Source: Octopus sinensis
Lineage: Eukaryota
DNA length: 64,000 bases
NCBI RefSeq assembly: GCF_006345805.1
Contig: NC_043000.1
Coordinates: forward strand, 101,060,001 to 101,124,000
Direction of reading: 5' to 3'
Shown here: positions 36,861 through 49,677 of the stretch, one piece after another
How the letters are laid out: each line of letters starts with the position of its first letter
Position numbering within the stretch: the first letter of the stretch is position 1
Made by a program: the position numbers and the translations under genes
The notes under the pieces: generated by a model
Told to the model about the DNA's origin: nothing
The model's input: only the letters and a program-made list of their open reading frames with translations
The model's database searches: none

Positions 36861-37859
36861 ACTGACTGAGAAAGAGAGAAAATGGTAGGCAGAAAGAAAA
36901 ATGTGGGTGTGTGTGTGGGTGTGTGTGTATGTAATGGCTGACGTATTATTCGGTTGCACTATATCTATGTTTTACTGTTTCCGAATATTCAGGTAATTAA
37001 TCAAATCCATGAAGAGATAGACTTGATTAATTAGCTGTAGATCCGGAAAACATGGAAACTTATATTTACAATGCAGCTAAATGATAAAGCAGCTGTTAAA
37101 TTTAGATACTGCTCACAATATTTCTATATTGAGGGCTTTAAATGCTTCACTTATTTTGAGTGAGGGATAAAAGTTTATTAAGCATAAAACGAAAATAAAA
37201 AAAAACCCAACAAAAATTAAGACACAAAACAATATAGGAGTGCATAATAAATTCAAATATCTGGATTCTCGTTTTACACACACATGCATATATATACCAA
37301 AATATATAGAGAGAGATCCATATACATGCTGCATATATATTTATACACACACACACATATATACATATATGAGAGAGAGAGAGAGAGAGAGAGACATACA
37401 TGTGTATATATGTGTGTGTGTGTGTGTATTTAGTTTCTTCATGCATTCTTTGAAAATTAATTACAATTTTGCAATGGAAACTTTTCGCTAACGATTTACT
37501 CTTAACTGCTTTTTTTTTTAATATTTATATTTCCATCTCCACCCACCACACCCCATCTTTTTGTCTTTTGTTTATCATGAAGTTTTCTTGTGTTTTGTAA
37601 ATTATTATTCCTTTTTGTTTTTTTTTTGTTTTAAAATTCTTGATTTTGTTTTCTATTATTATATATTTCGTTCAGTTTTTTTTAAATTTAATTTTCCTTT
37701 TGCTATTTTTATTTTTTATTGGAAAGATTTTTTTTCCTCTTTTTATTTTTTTCAAATGCTATGTTTACATTATCTGCTGAACGTAAAAAAAAAAACAGAA
37801 AAAAAAAATGAACGCAACTTCATTGCTGAGCCAAAACCATTAACTTTCTTTTCATATAT

Positions 37860-38880
37860 TTTCTTCTTTTCATTTTGTTTCATTAATTTGTCTTCCTGTA
37901 TCGCCTTCTCTTCACATCTCTACATCTATTTACTTCTTCATCTGCTCTCACCTTTATACCTGTCTCTCTTCGTCCTCAACTGGTCTTACCTCTATATCTT
38001 TCCGCCTCTACTTTCACTTTTAAGTTTATTTTCCTCACTTTCTTTCCTTTATATCTACTTCTTTCTCTTCCTCTATTCTCACCACTCTCTTTATATATAT
38101 GTCTTGCTCTCTTTTTTCTACTATCCCCACCTTTATCTATGTATCTATCTATCTATCTATCTATTTTTCTTTATTTCTCTTACTCATATATCTGTCTTTC
38201 TCTTCACATTCTCTTACCTCTATATCTATCTTTCCTACTGTTTTCACCTTCTCTTCTCATTCTCTCACTTTTATATCTACCTCTCTTCCTCTTCTTCATC
38301 TCTCGACTCTATATCTTTCCTCTCCCCTTCTAGCGACTTACCTCACTTTTTCCCATTCTCACTTTGATTTCTTTCTCTAAATACATTTGAACTGTTATCA
38401 TTCATATCTATTTATTCTCTGTTTTCTTTCTCTTTCCCCATATCTATTCTTTTTCATCATTTCTCTTTGTTTTTCTTTCAAACTCATCTTAATTTCCTTA
38501 ATTTTACATCTCTCTTCCTCTCATTCTCTTTTCTCATGTCTTTCTCTCTTTCTAACTTCAATTTCTCTTTCCTTACCTTTTCCATTCCTTTTTATCTTCT
38601 TTTAACTTTTCCTCCTCCCTTGTCTTTTCTTTTACTTTATCTATAACCCCTTCCTCTCCTACTCTAGCTTTTAACTTTTTTTTTAACTTCTTCCTCCTCG
38701 CATCTATTCTTTTACTTTCTTTTTCTAACCGCTTCCTCACTCTAACCGTTTACTTACTCTTTTTATAATCTCCTTCTCACTCTATCTTCTTACTTTGTCT
38801 TTTCTAACCTCCCCCTTTCTCTATTCTTTTATCTCATCTTCTCTTCTCATCTCCCACTTTTTATTCCACCCCTCCCGCTA
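37860..38880. repeat. About 1-kb polypyrimidine low-complexity tract
   Basis: Read directly; explains the F/L/S/Y ORF 37561-38367. Confidence 0.85.
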
Positions 38881-39419
38881 CACACATCGTTCTCAATTCC
38901 ATTATACTCGTTTTCTTAATATTTTTTTCTCCTTTATATTTAAAACAATATCAAGAAAAACCAACCTTGAATTAGCATTTTATTTCTCTCGTTCTTTTTC
39001 AATTTATGTTTCAACATTCAATATAAAAAAAGAAAATGTCCGTTATGTGGTTTTGATTCATGAGTTATTTTAAAACAATTGCGCGCTAACAACCATCGTT
39101 TCCACCTCACAAACATACACATCTTAACACATTCATGTTCATAGGTACTGCACCATAGACAGACACATACGCATCCACAGATCCAACCAATACATACGTG
39201 TACATTATAGACGTAAAATCCACACCCACACACACACTCTCTCTCTCTCTCTCTCTCTCACACATATTCACAAACTCTTTCTTCCTCATACACACATACT
39301 CTCTCTCTCTCTCTCTCTCTCATACTCACATTCATATACATCCACATACATGTACAAGAACATACACACACGCACACTCACATACTTTCTCCCTTACACA
39401 TGCATATATATATATATAC

Positions 39420-39970
39420 ACATACACACGCACACTCACATATTCACATACACTTTCTCTCTCTCCCCCACACACTTTCTGTCTGTCTCTCTTACACAAA
39501 CACACATACTCTCTTACACATGCATATACATGCACATACACATTCACATACATTTTCTCTCTCTCCACATATTCTCGCTACACACACACACACTTTCTGT
39601 CTGTCTGTCGCTCTCTTTCATACATGCACATACACACTCACATATTCACATACATTTTCTCTCTCTCTCTCCACACACTCTCGCTATACACACACACACA
39701 CCACACACTTTCTGTCTGTCTGTCTCTCTCTTTCATACATGCACATACACACTCACATATTCACATACATTTTCTCTCTCTCTCTCCACACACTCTCGCT
39801 ACACACACACACACACACACACTTTCTGTCTGTCTGTCTCTCTCTTTCATACATGCACATACACACTCACATATTCACATACATTTTCTCTCTCTCTCTC
39901 CACACACTCTCGCTACACACACACACACTTTCTGTCTGTCTGTCTGTCTCTTTCATACATACACATACAC
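39420..39970. repeat. Higher-order minisatellite, ~100-115-bp units built of microsatellite blocks
   Basis: CATACACACTCACATATTCACATACATTTTCTCTCTC..CCACACACTCTCGCTACACAC..CTTTCTGTCTGTC..TCTTTCATACATGCA repeated about 4-5 times. Confidence 0.85.
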
Positions 39971-41003
39971 ACAACTTAACGTGGGAGCTTCCTGCTTGTC
40001 AATAGAACGTATTTCATTTAAACAAGTTTCTCTTTGCACAACTCTCTCTTCTACAACCTTGGAATAAAAGCGAAGAAAAATAAATACAAAGTAGTAATAA
40101 CAAAATGAATGATATAATACGTAATAAAATTCAGATAAATGAATGAACTAAAGCCCCGTTCTACATCTTTAAAACAAAGAAAATTAAAACAAGGAGAAGG
40201 AAAATAACAAGGTACTTTCTATTTACTCTTGGCAAAAATAAAACAAAAAAAAAAAGGTACGAGTGAGAGAGAGAGAGAGAGAGAGAGAATTAGAGGGTGA
40301 TGGGTAGAGAGAGCAGTGTGGGCGACAGGAGATCGAGTCATTTGTGTGAAAGGTACATGTATGAAAGAAAGAATGCAGTGTGTATACGTGTATGCATGTG
40401 TGTGTGTGTGTGTGAGACAGAGGCAGATATAATGTGTGAGAGAGAGGCAGAGAGAGAATTGTATATATGTGTGTGTATGTAAGATAGACTTACAAGTATG
40501 TGTGTGTTTAGGTGTATGTATAGGCGAGTGAAAGGAAGAGAGTTGAGTGTGTGAGAAATTATTTACCATGAAACTATAGTCTTTTTCCTTGCGTTTTAAA
40601 CAATTAAATAAATACATTAAAAAATTCAAAAACTTTTATTCATTCCTTCGTCTCGTCTTAAAAAGACAAAAAACGGCGAGTGATCAATCAGAACACTTGT
40701 AAAATAACTGAAATCCGGGCTAACCGTGATGGTCTCTGCCGGTAAAATAGTAAATACAAAAAAGATCATCGAATGCATTAAATGAATTTACAGTTAGCAT
40801 AAGAAGTCTGACGTTTTAGACATTATCTTTCGTCACTAGCAGAACAAAAAAAATATCAAAACCCAAATATATATATCCCAAATCTATAAACGAAATATAA
40901 AATTAAACGAGCAACAATTTACTTCTCGAAATGGCACAATATATTCAAATGGTGTTTTCATCAAATTCAGCGATACATCAAGAAGCAACTTTAATTTTCT
41001 ACG

Positions 41004-41056
<53 letters not shown>

Positions 41057-41125
41057 GTTTATATATATATACACATACAGAGAGAGAGAGAGAGTGTGTG
41101 TGTGTGCGTGGTGGTTGTCTATTCC

Positions 41126-43330
41126 TTATGCAGAGTTTGACCATCTCCTGTACCTACACCTGAACATCTTCTGGCATACAATGCATTCAAAGGTGTGCAC
41201 AGACATATAGGTAGAATAGTTGGTGGAGGATCGTTTTCCATGGGTTTGCAAATGAGATCTGAGCCCAGCAAAAGAAAGGCATGGTCTGTCACATACTGTG
41301 CACACAAAAAGTTCATTGTCATTCACCTCAATCGTTACATTCTTCCTTAGATCTCTTTTGAGTCTTGCATGCGTTATCCTGGCCTCTTCAAACGTTGTCA
41401 CTCCACTCCACACTTTTGTTCGCCATCCAACTCGATCTGAAGCAAGGGTTTCTATGTCTTCTGGATCCATTATAAGTGACTTCATAGTAGTCCTTATGCC
41501 GTCCTTAAACCTTTTTTTAGGTTTATGCCGATAGAGTTTCCCCTCTGGAAACTCACCATAAAACAGCTGTTTCAGCATGCGTTTATCCGCCATTCAAACA
41601 ATATGGCCACACCATCTCAATTGATTCCTCAAAATCATAGCTTTAATTGAGCTGATGCCTGCAGATGCAAGGACATCTGCGTTTGGAGTAAAAGAACTCC
41701 ATTTAATGTTTAAAATGCGATTAAGTATTTTTGGCGAAATTGTTCTAACACTTTAAAATGCCTTTTATAACAAGTCCATGTTTCACGAGAATACAACAGA
41801 GATGGTAAGACAAATGATTTGTAAAGAACCAGCTTTGTATTCTTATTTATATGTCATTGGTACCAAAGGTGTGACTCTAAGCCACCAAATGCTTTTGCTG
41901 CCCTTTGAATTCGCAGCTGTATTTCTGTATCAAAATTTCCATCATTTTGTACAGAGCTTCCAAGGTAGATGAGCAAATCAACAACCTCAAGTAACTACCC
42001 TTAAAAATTTTAGCACCACTTGCAGGTTGATGCATTATAACTGTTTTTTTCAAGTTGACAGTAAAGCCAAAATTATCACAAGCTGAATCAAATGCAGATA
42101 CAAGAAACTGCAAACCTGTTTCAGAATGACTGATACAATTGCAAAAAGTTCCCTAATGAGTGAAGTAAAAAATCTTCATTTTGAATTTCAGTTTGGTAAG
42201 ATTAAAAAGATACCCTGTTGTTTGATATTTTATCTAAATACTTTCCTCAGAGTTTTGAAAAGAATGTGACAACACAACAGCAAAGTATATTGCAAAGAGG
42301 GTGGGTGCATCAAGGTCTCATTGCTTTACTCCATTTTCCACAGTAAAAGATTCAGAGAATCTACCACCAAAGTTAACTCTAGCTTTCATATCTTGATGCA
42401 AATTTCTCTGGGCAACCTATTTTCTTTAGAATTAGCCACAGAGCATTTCGATTAACAGTATTGAATGCTTTGCTCAAATCAACAAAGCAATGGTATAGAG
42501 CAAGATTCTGTTCGATGCCCTTTTTTTGTAATTGTCTGATAGCAAAAATACAATCAGCTGTGCCCCTGGAGGAAGGAAAACCACACTGAGACTCAGACAC
42601 TATATTTGGAACTATGAAGGTATTTAAACGTTCTTACAAAATGTGGGCAAGTACCTTTCCAACCACAGACAAAAGCGAAATCCCACGAAAATTACCACAC
42701 AGATCCTTTGGCCCTAATTTATACAAGAAGAATAAAATGGCATTAATCTAGTCTTGAGGCACTTTCACAGTTCTCCAACAGTAACAAATTAATATATTTA
42801 AGAGTTTAAACATTTTGTCACCCCAATATTTCAAGACTTCTGCACAGATTCCATCAGACCCTGGAGACTTATTGTTATTCAGCTTATTCACAGCTAAATA
42901 AATGTCATTTAGATTTGGTTCAAATGCAATCTCTTCTATAACTGTAAGGTGTTCAATTTTTTTCTGTCATCCTCATTTCAGTAGATGATGGTATATTCCA
43001 AAGTGCAGAAAAATATTCAGCCCAACATTTATGAATAGAAGTGGTGTCAGTCAGAAGAAAACATCCATTTGCTTTTCTCACTGGAGCTATTGAAGATTTT
43101 GGGCCACATACCTCCTTAACATAAGAGTACAAACCCTTGGCCTCATTTCTAACAGCTGCTTCTTGTGCCCCTTTTGCTCTACCATTCCACTGTCCCTGCT
43201 TAATTTTCCTTAGAGCAGTCTGCACTTCCCCTTTCAACTTTCTGTAAGCTTCGTTTGTGTTAGGGTTCAAGGACTTAGAAAGAAGTGATATTTTGGAGTA
43301 AGTTACAAGTGCATTTTTAGGTTTCTACCA
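41126..43330 (-). mobile_element. RTE-clade (BovB/AviRTE-like) LINE, 5'-truncated and frameshifted
   Basis: Colinear fragments: IHKCWAEYFSAL; SESQCGFPSSRGTADCIFAIRQLQKK..FVDLSKAFNTVNR (RT); QFLVSAFDSACDNFGFTVNLKKT; KQLFYGEF..GK....KKRFKD..WR..V..G...FE; C-terminal CxxC..HxxxH motif. Confidence 0.9.
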
Positions 43331-43624
43331 ACCAACCAATTCAATGATTTTATTAAGATTTGGTGTACAGGAAGTACCTGTGCAGATATATATATATAAT
43401 ATATATATATATATTTATATCATCCGAACTATATAGTTTTATATATATCCATCACGGCTGATCTCACCAATTGGTTTCGCACAGAGAATATGATAGGGTG
43501 TTAGGTAACAATTCGATTATATAACTTCATATAATATATTTTGGATAATATATCTACTCTATTGCCAGATATGAGTGCATCTTTGCCCTTACTTGTGGTC
43601 TCTTAGACGTCTCATGCACATATA

Positions 43625-43908
43625 TATACATATAAACAAAAAATAGAACAGAAACGTAACAGGTAACAACAAAACATCTGGACAGTTAGACGATACAAAA
43701 AAAGGACAGGAAAAAACAAGGACGGGTCATTTGGAGCTTCCTATCCTCAGTCGAGTTCCAGATTGTCTTTGCAGTTTCGGCTGAACAAAGATGATCTGGA
43801 ACTCAACTGAGGCTAGGAAGCTCTGAATGACCTGTCCATTTTTGTATCATCTAACTGTCTGGATTTTTTGTTGTCGCCAGTTATGTTCTTGTTCCATTTT
43901 TTGTTTTC

Positions 43909-43915
<7 letters not shown>
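43625..43915. mobile_element. Foldback (inverted duplication) of a TA-flanked repeat
   Basis: Inner arms 43720-43771 and 43786-43837 are reverse complements (7 mismatches in 52); pairing extends outward. A non-inverted relative lies at 50885-51235. Confidence 0.85.
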
Positions 43916-43953
<38 letters not shown>

Positions 43954-43961
43954 TCTCTCTT

Positions 43962-44365
43962 TTACTCTTTTACTTGTTTCAGTCATTTGACTGCGGCCAT
44001 GCTGGAGCACCGCCTTTAGTCAAGCAAATCGACCCCGGGACTTATTCTATCAGTCTCTTTTGCCGAACCGCTAAGTGACAGGGACGTAAACACACCAGCA
44101 TCGGTTGTCAAGCAATGCTAGGGGGACAAACACAGACACACAAACACACACATACACACATATATATATATATATATACATACATATATATACATATATA
44201 CGACAGGCTTCTTTCAGTTTCTGTCTACCAAATCCACTCACAAGGCATTGGTCGGCCTGGGGCTATAGCAGAAGACACTTGCCCAAGATGCCACGCAGTG
44301 GGACTGAACCCGGAACCATGTGGTTGGTTAGCAAGCTACTTACCACACAGCCACTCCTGCGCCTA
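43962..44365 (-). mobile_element. SINE family A, full length, young
   Basis: Nearly identical to 41-415; lies within (TA)n. Confidence 0.9.
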
Positions 44366-44800
44366 TATATATATATATATATATCAGAAGAAAAAGGAAA
44401 ATGGAGATTGAGAAAAATGAAAATGGAGATGGATTCATTATAGCAGTCTGCTATAATGAATCCATAAACACACATATAGAACATCCAAGGGTATATTTTT
44501 CTCCCTCTGAAGATATTATGATCAGGACATAGGAATTTAATATTTAATTAGTTCCCTGAGTATTAATTGAAACAGCTGTAAGGGAGAATGACTGATTTGT
44601 TGTTGTTAATAAACAATTATTAACTTTTCAATCTCCATTTTTGTTTTTCTTCTTTTATATGAATATAAAGTATACGGCTTTTTATACCTATTATTTTAAG
44701 GAAATGAATTCCCACAAAATAATAGATATTGAACCAGTATTTCCTTGGATGACACCATACCTTCATGAAGCTAACATAACCTCATATATATATATATATT

Positions 44801-44839
<39 letters not shown>

Positions 44840-44874
44840 TATATATATATATATATATACATATATACATACAT

Positions 44875-45545
44875 ATCATCATCATCATCATCATCATCAT
44901 TTAACGTCCGCTCTCCATGCTAGCATGGGTTGGACGGTTCAACTGGGGTCTGGGGAGCCGAAGGCTGCACCAGGCCAGTCAGATCTGGCAGTGCTTCTAC
45001 AGCTGGATGCCCTCCTAACGCCAACCACTCCAAGAGTGTAGTGGGTGATTTTATGTGCCACCGACACAGGTGCCAGACGAGGCTGGCGAACGGCCATGCT
45101 CGGATGGTGTTTTTATGTGCCACCGACACAGGTGCCAGACGAGGCTGGCGAACGGCCACGCTCGGATGGTGTTTTTATGTGCCACCGTCACAGGTGCCAG
45201 ACGAGGCTGACGAACGGCCACGATCGGATGGTGTTTCTTACGTGCCCACAGCACGGAGGCCAGTCGATGCGGTACTGGCTACGGCCACGTTCGGATGGTT
45301 TTCTTGTGTGCCACCGGCACTGGTACCACAAAGATACAAATTCCATTGATGTTCATCTATTTTGATTTGATTTGATTTGATTTTCACTTGCCTCAACAGG
45401 TCTTCACAAGTGTCACAAGAAGGAAGGAAGGTATGCACAGGTGAACTGACAACGTCCCAGGTAGGGGCCACGGGTTATGGCCTGACTAGTCTTGCCGGGT
45501 CTTCGGATGATGTTTTTATGTGCCTCCGACACAGGTGCCAGATGG
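44875..45545 (-). mobile_element. Long composite family C element with 62-bp internal repeats
   Basis: Reverse complement of about 1950-2590; several GTGCCACCGACACAGGTGCCAGACGAGGCTGGCGAACGGCC units. Confidence 0.85.
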
Positions 45546-45569
45546 AATATATATATATATATATTTAAG

Positions 45570-45780
45570 TTCAAAGTTACAGAAGACAAAAGACAAAGAC
45601 AGGTGTATGAACAAGAAGCAGGTGTATTAGTTTAACCCTCAAGAAGAATGGAAAAGTCTTTTATGTTTTGAGCCTATGCTCCTTGACAGAAAAGATGAAG
45701 AGGAAAAAAACAGAGAGAGAATGAAAAAAAATGAGAGAGAAAAAATCTGCTGAGTTCAACAGTCCACCATGACGAGTTTT
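45570..45780 (-). mobile_element. Short TA-adjacent element with degenerate hammerhead-like motif (45658-45694)
   Basis: Minus strand: CTTTT CTGTCAA G GAGC ATAG GCTC AAAAC ATA AAAG; homologous to the 10425 and 32590 copies. Confidence 0.65.
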
Positions 45781-46534
45781 TCCTCATCTTTTCAATGCTA
45801 AGATGTGTGTTTGTGTTTAAGTGTGTGCATGTATGTGTGTAAGGGAAGGTTCAGTGCTCGGCAAAACAGAATCCATCACTTGACATTACATTTTATATAT
45901 GTTTATATTAAAAAAGGAAACAAAAAATGGAGCAGAAATGTAACAGACAACAACAACATATATCTTGGTAGCTTTTAATGGAGTCTATTCTGCTGCAAAC
46001 ACTTAGATCAGGTCTCCAGTTTAAGCATCCTACCTCTCCTACTTGCTCACTCGTTCCCTTCTACCTGAAAATTTCAGAGGCCTTGTGAACATTGTTATTA
46101 TTTCTGACAAAAAGATTAAAAAAAAAAATAGTGAAGAAAAGAAAATGAGAGGGATATCTAGATGTTATTTCTTGCAGGTCAGTACTCTTTTGTTAGTGTC
46201 ATATTGTATCTTCAGATTGGGGAAAAAAGGTTGATTTAGCAATTTTTTTCGCATACTTGTTAAAGCCTGAAGAAAGAAAATATTGTCAACAATGCATTTC
46301 CCTATCAAAAGGGAGGAAAAAAAATCTAGCTTCCTTACAGTAGATCTATATATTTGCAATACATTTGTAGTTTTTTCACACAAATAAGAAAATAGAATTG
46401 TCTGTTTATAGGAGTAATGGGGGTGATGCCGTGGGAGTACGGAAATTAGCAATACTTCAAGATTGATGCAGTTCGAGATTAGAAACCTGATTATTTTCTT
46501 TACAAGAAAAGCAAATTCTATAAACAGGTACACA

Positions 46535-46910
46535 ATGTATGTATGTATGTATGTAATGTAATGTATGTATGTATGTATGTATGTATGTATGTATGTATGT
46601 ATGTATGTATGTATGTATTTTATGTATGTATGTTATGTATGTATGCATGTATGTTATATATGTATGTTATTTATGTATGTATGTATGTTATGTATGTATG
46701 TATGTATGTATGTATGTTATATATGTATGTATGAATGTATGTATGTATGAATGTATGTATGTTATGTATGTATGTATGTATGTGATGTATGTATGTATGT
46801 ATGAATGTATGTATGTATGCTATGTATGTATGTTATGTATGTTATGTATGTATGTATGTTATGTATGTATGTATGTATGTAATGTATGTATGTATGAATG
46901 TATGTGTGTA
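46535..46910. repeat. (TATG)n degenerate microsatellite
   Basis: Read directly from the sequence. Confidence 0.95.
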
Positions 46911-47451
46911 TTAATGAAGTCATCTAAGAATCTATAAGTCAGAAAAGAAAAACAAACACACGCACTCGCATATTTGTCGATAGAGTGGTTGTGTTAATAT
47001 TTATGCTATACAGTGTTATAGGTCCATTTCAACCGATTTACTTAGCAGTTTTGCATGAGAGTTATGGAGAGAATTCCAACCGGCGCTCATCAGAAGGGTC
47101 GGGATGAAAAAAATGGCACTTCACGCACACACACATGCACGCATACACACACACATGCATGCATGCACACACACACACACACATACGTCTTTGTTTCAAA
47201 TGTAGTTTGCAAGATTTATGACGATATGTTGAAAGACAAAGACATGTTGTGGTACTCTGGAAGGGTCATTCTGTCAATAAAACACAATCACAGGCTATAT
47301 TTCACTTAAGTGAGAGGGATGAGTGAAATGGTAGTTTACCTCTGAGGATTGTTCTCTTCAACAATCAAATGATTGAAAGCGTGGGTATCATCCACTTCTA
47401 TTTGGATATATATATATGTCTTTTTTTATCTATAAAAAAAAGGAGAGGAAC

Positions 47452-48365
47452 CTAGTATTTGTTGGGGGTGGTTTGGAATATCATTTTTTTTTTGTTCAGT
47501 AATGGTTTGTACCTCCTGGTGAAGAATTCTACTTTATATTTCCGGAAAGGATTATTGTGCAACCATAACTTAAAGAAGCAGAAAATTGTAAATTTTCCCT
47601 TTCCACATGATGCGAAGTGTCCACTGCAAGTGGTGTTTTTGCCAGAGGGGCCTTTAATTTGTTGTTTGTGTACATGAACTCTGTCATGTAGTCCCGTTCC
47701 AGTTTCACCAATATAGTACTCTTTACATTGAAGGCAAGTTGCACAGTAAATTAAGTTTCTCATTTTGTAATTCATGTTTGCATTAACTTTGAAAATCTCC
47801 TTTTTAAAGGAGATTTGTCCACCCACTTTAATGTATTCAAATGTTCCACATTAAGGGTCCCTGCATTTTTTAACTTGCATTGTTTCAATGTTAGATGTAA
47901 ATTTTGCCTAGGTGAGTAGTTATTTTAAGTTTGTTGCTTTGTGCCTGCGATATATTATTAGTGAGCCTTTTATGAGTGCATTCATTTTGGGGGATTGATG
48001 GAGAATTAGGAGATATTTTTTGGCAGCTTTCACAACATTGAAGTTCCTTGAGTTGTGAGTGATGACAAAAGGGAAGATTATTTTGTCCTTTTTACTTCTT
48101 TGGTTTGTTTTTGTCAGTGTTGTCACTGGAATGTTCTGGGTTTTGGAGATTGCTGTATTGATAAGGTTCATTGGATATTCTTGTCTTTTAAGGAACCATT
48201 TTAGTTCATGTAGTCTTTTTTCATATAGTTAGGACTGTCTTACTATGGAGTAGATGCAGCTTGCCATGTTAAAGGGAATGTTCCATTTGGTATGCAGGGG
48301 GTGTTCTGATTGGAAATTTAAGTATTGGTGTGTGTTGCAGAAATTAACAAGCAAACATTTTTTTC
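47452..48365 (-). mobile_element. Penelope-like element remnant (RT C-terminus plus GIY-YIG)
   Basis: YLNFQSEHPLHTKWNIPFNMA...RQEYPMNLI; PFVITHNSRNFNV; NLIYCATCLQCKEYYIGETGTGLHDRVHVHKQQI...SGHFASC...RRYKPLLN. Split by frameshifts. Confidence 0.88.
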
Positions 48366-48554
48366 ACAAAATTTCTCCATACCCAAGTTAACAAAGAACT
48401 TACTAGATCTATGACCTAGAATTTATATTATTAAAAAAATTTTTTAAATAATAAATTAAACTGATTAGAACTATCAGTGAAGTCAGTTTTGTCCTTTTAG
48501 AAATATACCTAACTGTGCTAAGAATCTCACACATTTTCCAATATATACATATGT

Positions 48555-48593
<39 letters not shown>

Positions 48594-48663
48594 CATGTAT
48601 GTATATTTATACATGTATATATATATTCACACATACATGCATGCATATATATGTGTGTGTGTC

Positions 48664-48701
<38 letters not shown>

Positions 48702-49336
48702 CACATACATGTATGTATATTTATACATGTATATATATATAGATATATAAATATATATATATCTACTTATATGTATGCGCGCACACACACACACACACAC
48801 ATGTATGGATATATTTCTATATGCATATAATGTTCTTTCTAAAAGTACATGAAATATTAAAATGTTATTATTATCATTTTCACGCAGTTTATATTTTTTA
48901 CATATACACACACACACACACGTACATGCACACAATCAAACACACACACACATGCACGCACACACACACACACACACACACACATGCATGCATACACACA
49001 CACACAAAGAGTTTACAAAATGTAATTACGAAAAAAATTACAGTCATTTCCAAACAACATTTTGCATAGCTCTGTAGATTTCTCTGAAGAATGGGTGTAT
49101 TCAGTACAATGAGACACATTTTCCACAAGTTTTCTAGACTGAAACAACAGCCTTTATCACATTTAGCCATATAATTATTTGTTTGTAACAGAAAACTAAG
49201 AAGTATTTGGTCTTTTAACTTCCTATATGTACACACACATGTATATATATATTCACATACACAGAGTCATATTTCTCTCTCTATATATATATATATAAAT
49301 ATATATACACACATGCACATACATATTCGTGTGTGT

Positions 49337-49385
<49 letters not shown>

Positions 49386-49469
49386 TACATATATAATATA
49401 TCATCATCATCATCATCATCGTTTAATGTCCGTTTTCCGTGCTAGCACGGGTTGGACACATATATATAT

Positions 49470-49677
49470 ATATCAAAATGTGACCTCGTGTGTACCATTG
49501 GTGATTTATTTTCCTCTGTCTTCCCTTCTCTGGATCTTTCCTTCTCCTATGTTTCCGACGAAGAGCTCCGCTCAAAACGTTAAACCCCACTTCTTTCCTT
49601 CTTTCCTGAGCATCCAATAATACTATATTTGTTCCACGTCCTCGCGTTGTTGTGTTTTTTGTGCTTTCTTGTTTGGA

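Noticed and set aside
37035-37050. CTGTAGATCCG resembling the miR-10/100 mature sequence
   Set aside because: The match is partial, the seed region differs, and there is no flanking hairpin.
43720-43760. CTGAGGA...GAA...GTC hammerhead-like words in the 43.7- and 51.0-kb repeat
   Set aside because: Stem II does not pair convincingly, GAAA reads GAAT, and stem I is absent.
49088-49130. CTGAAGA...GAGACACAT possible decayed hammerhead; similar weak cases at 33625-33665 and 43460-43485
   Set aside because: Each needs several core changes and lacks stem I pairing; too degenerate to support without paralogues.
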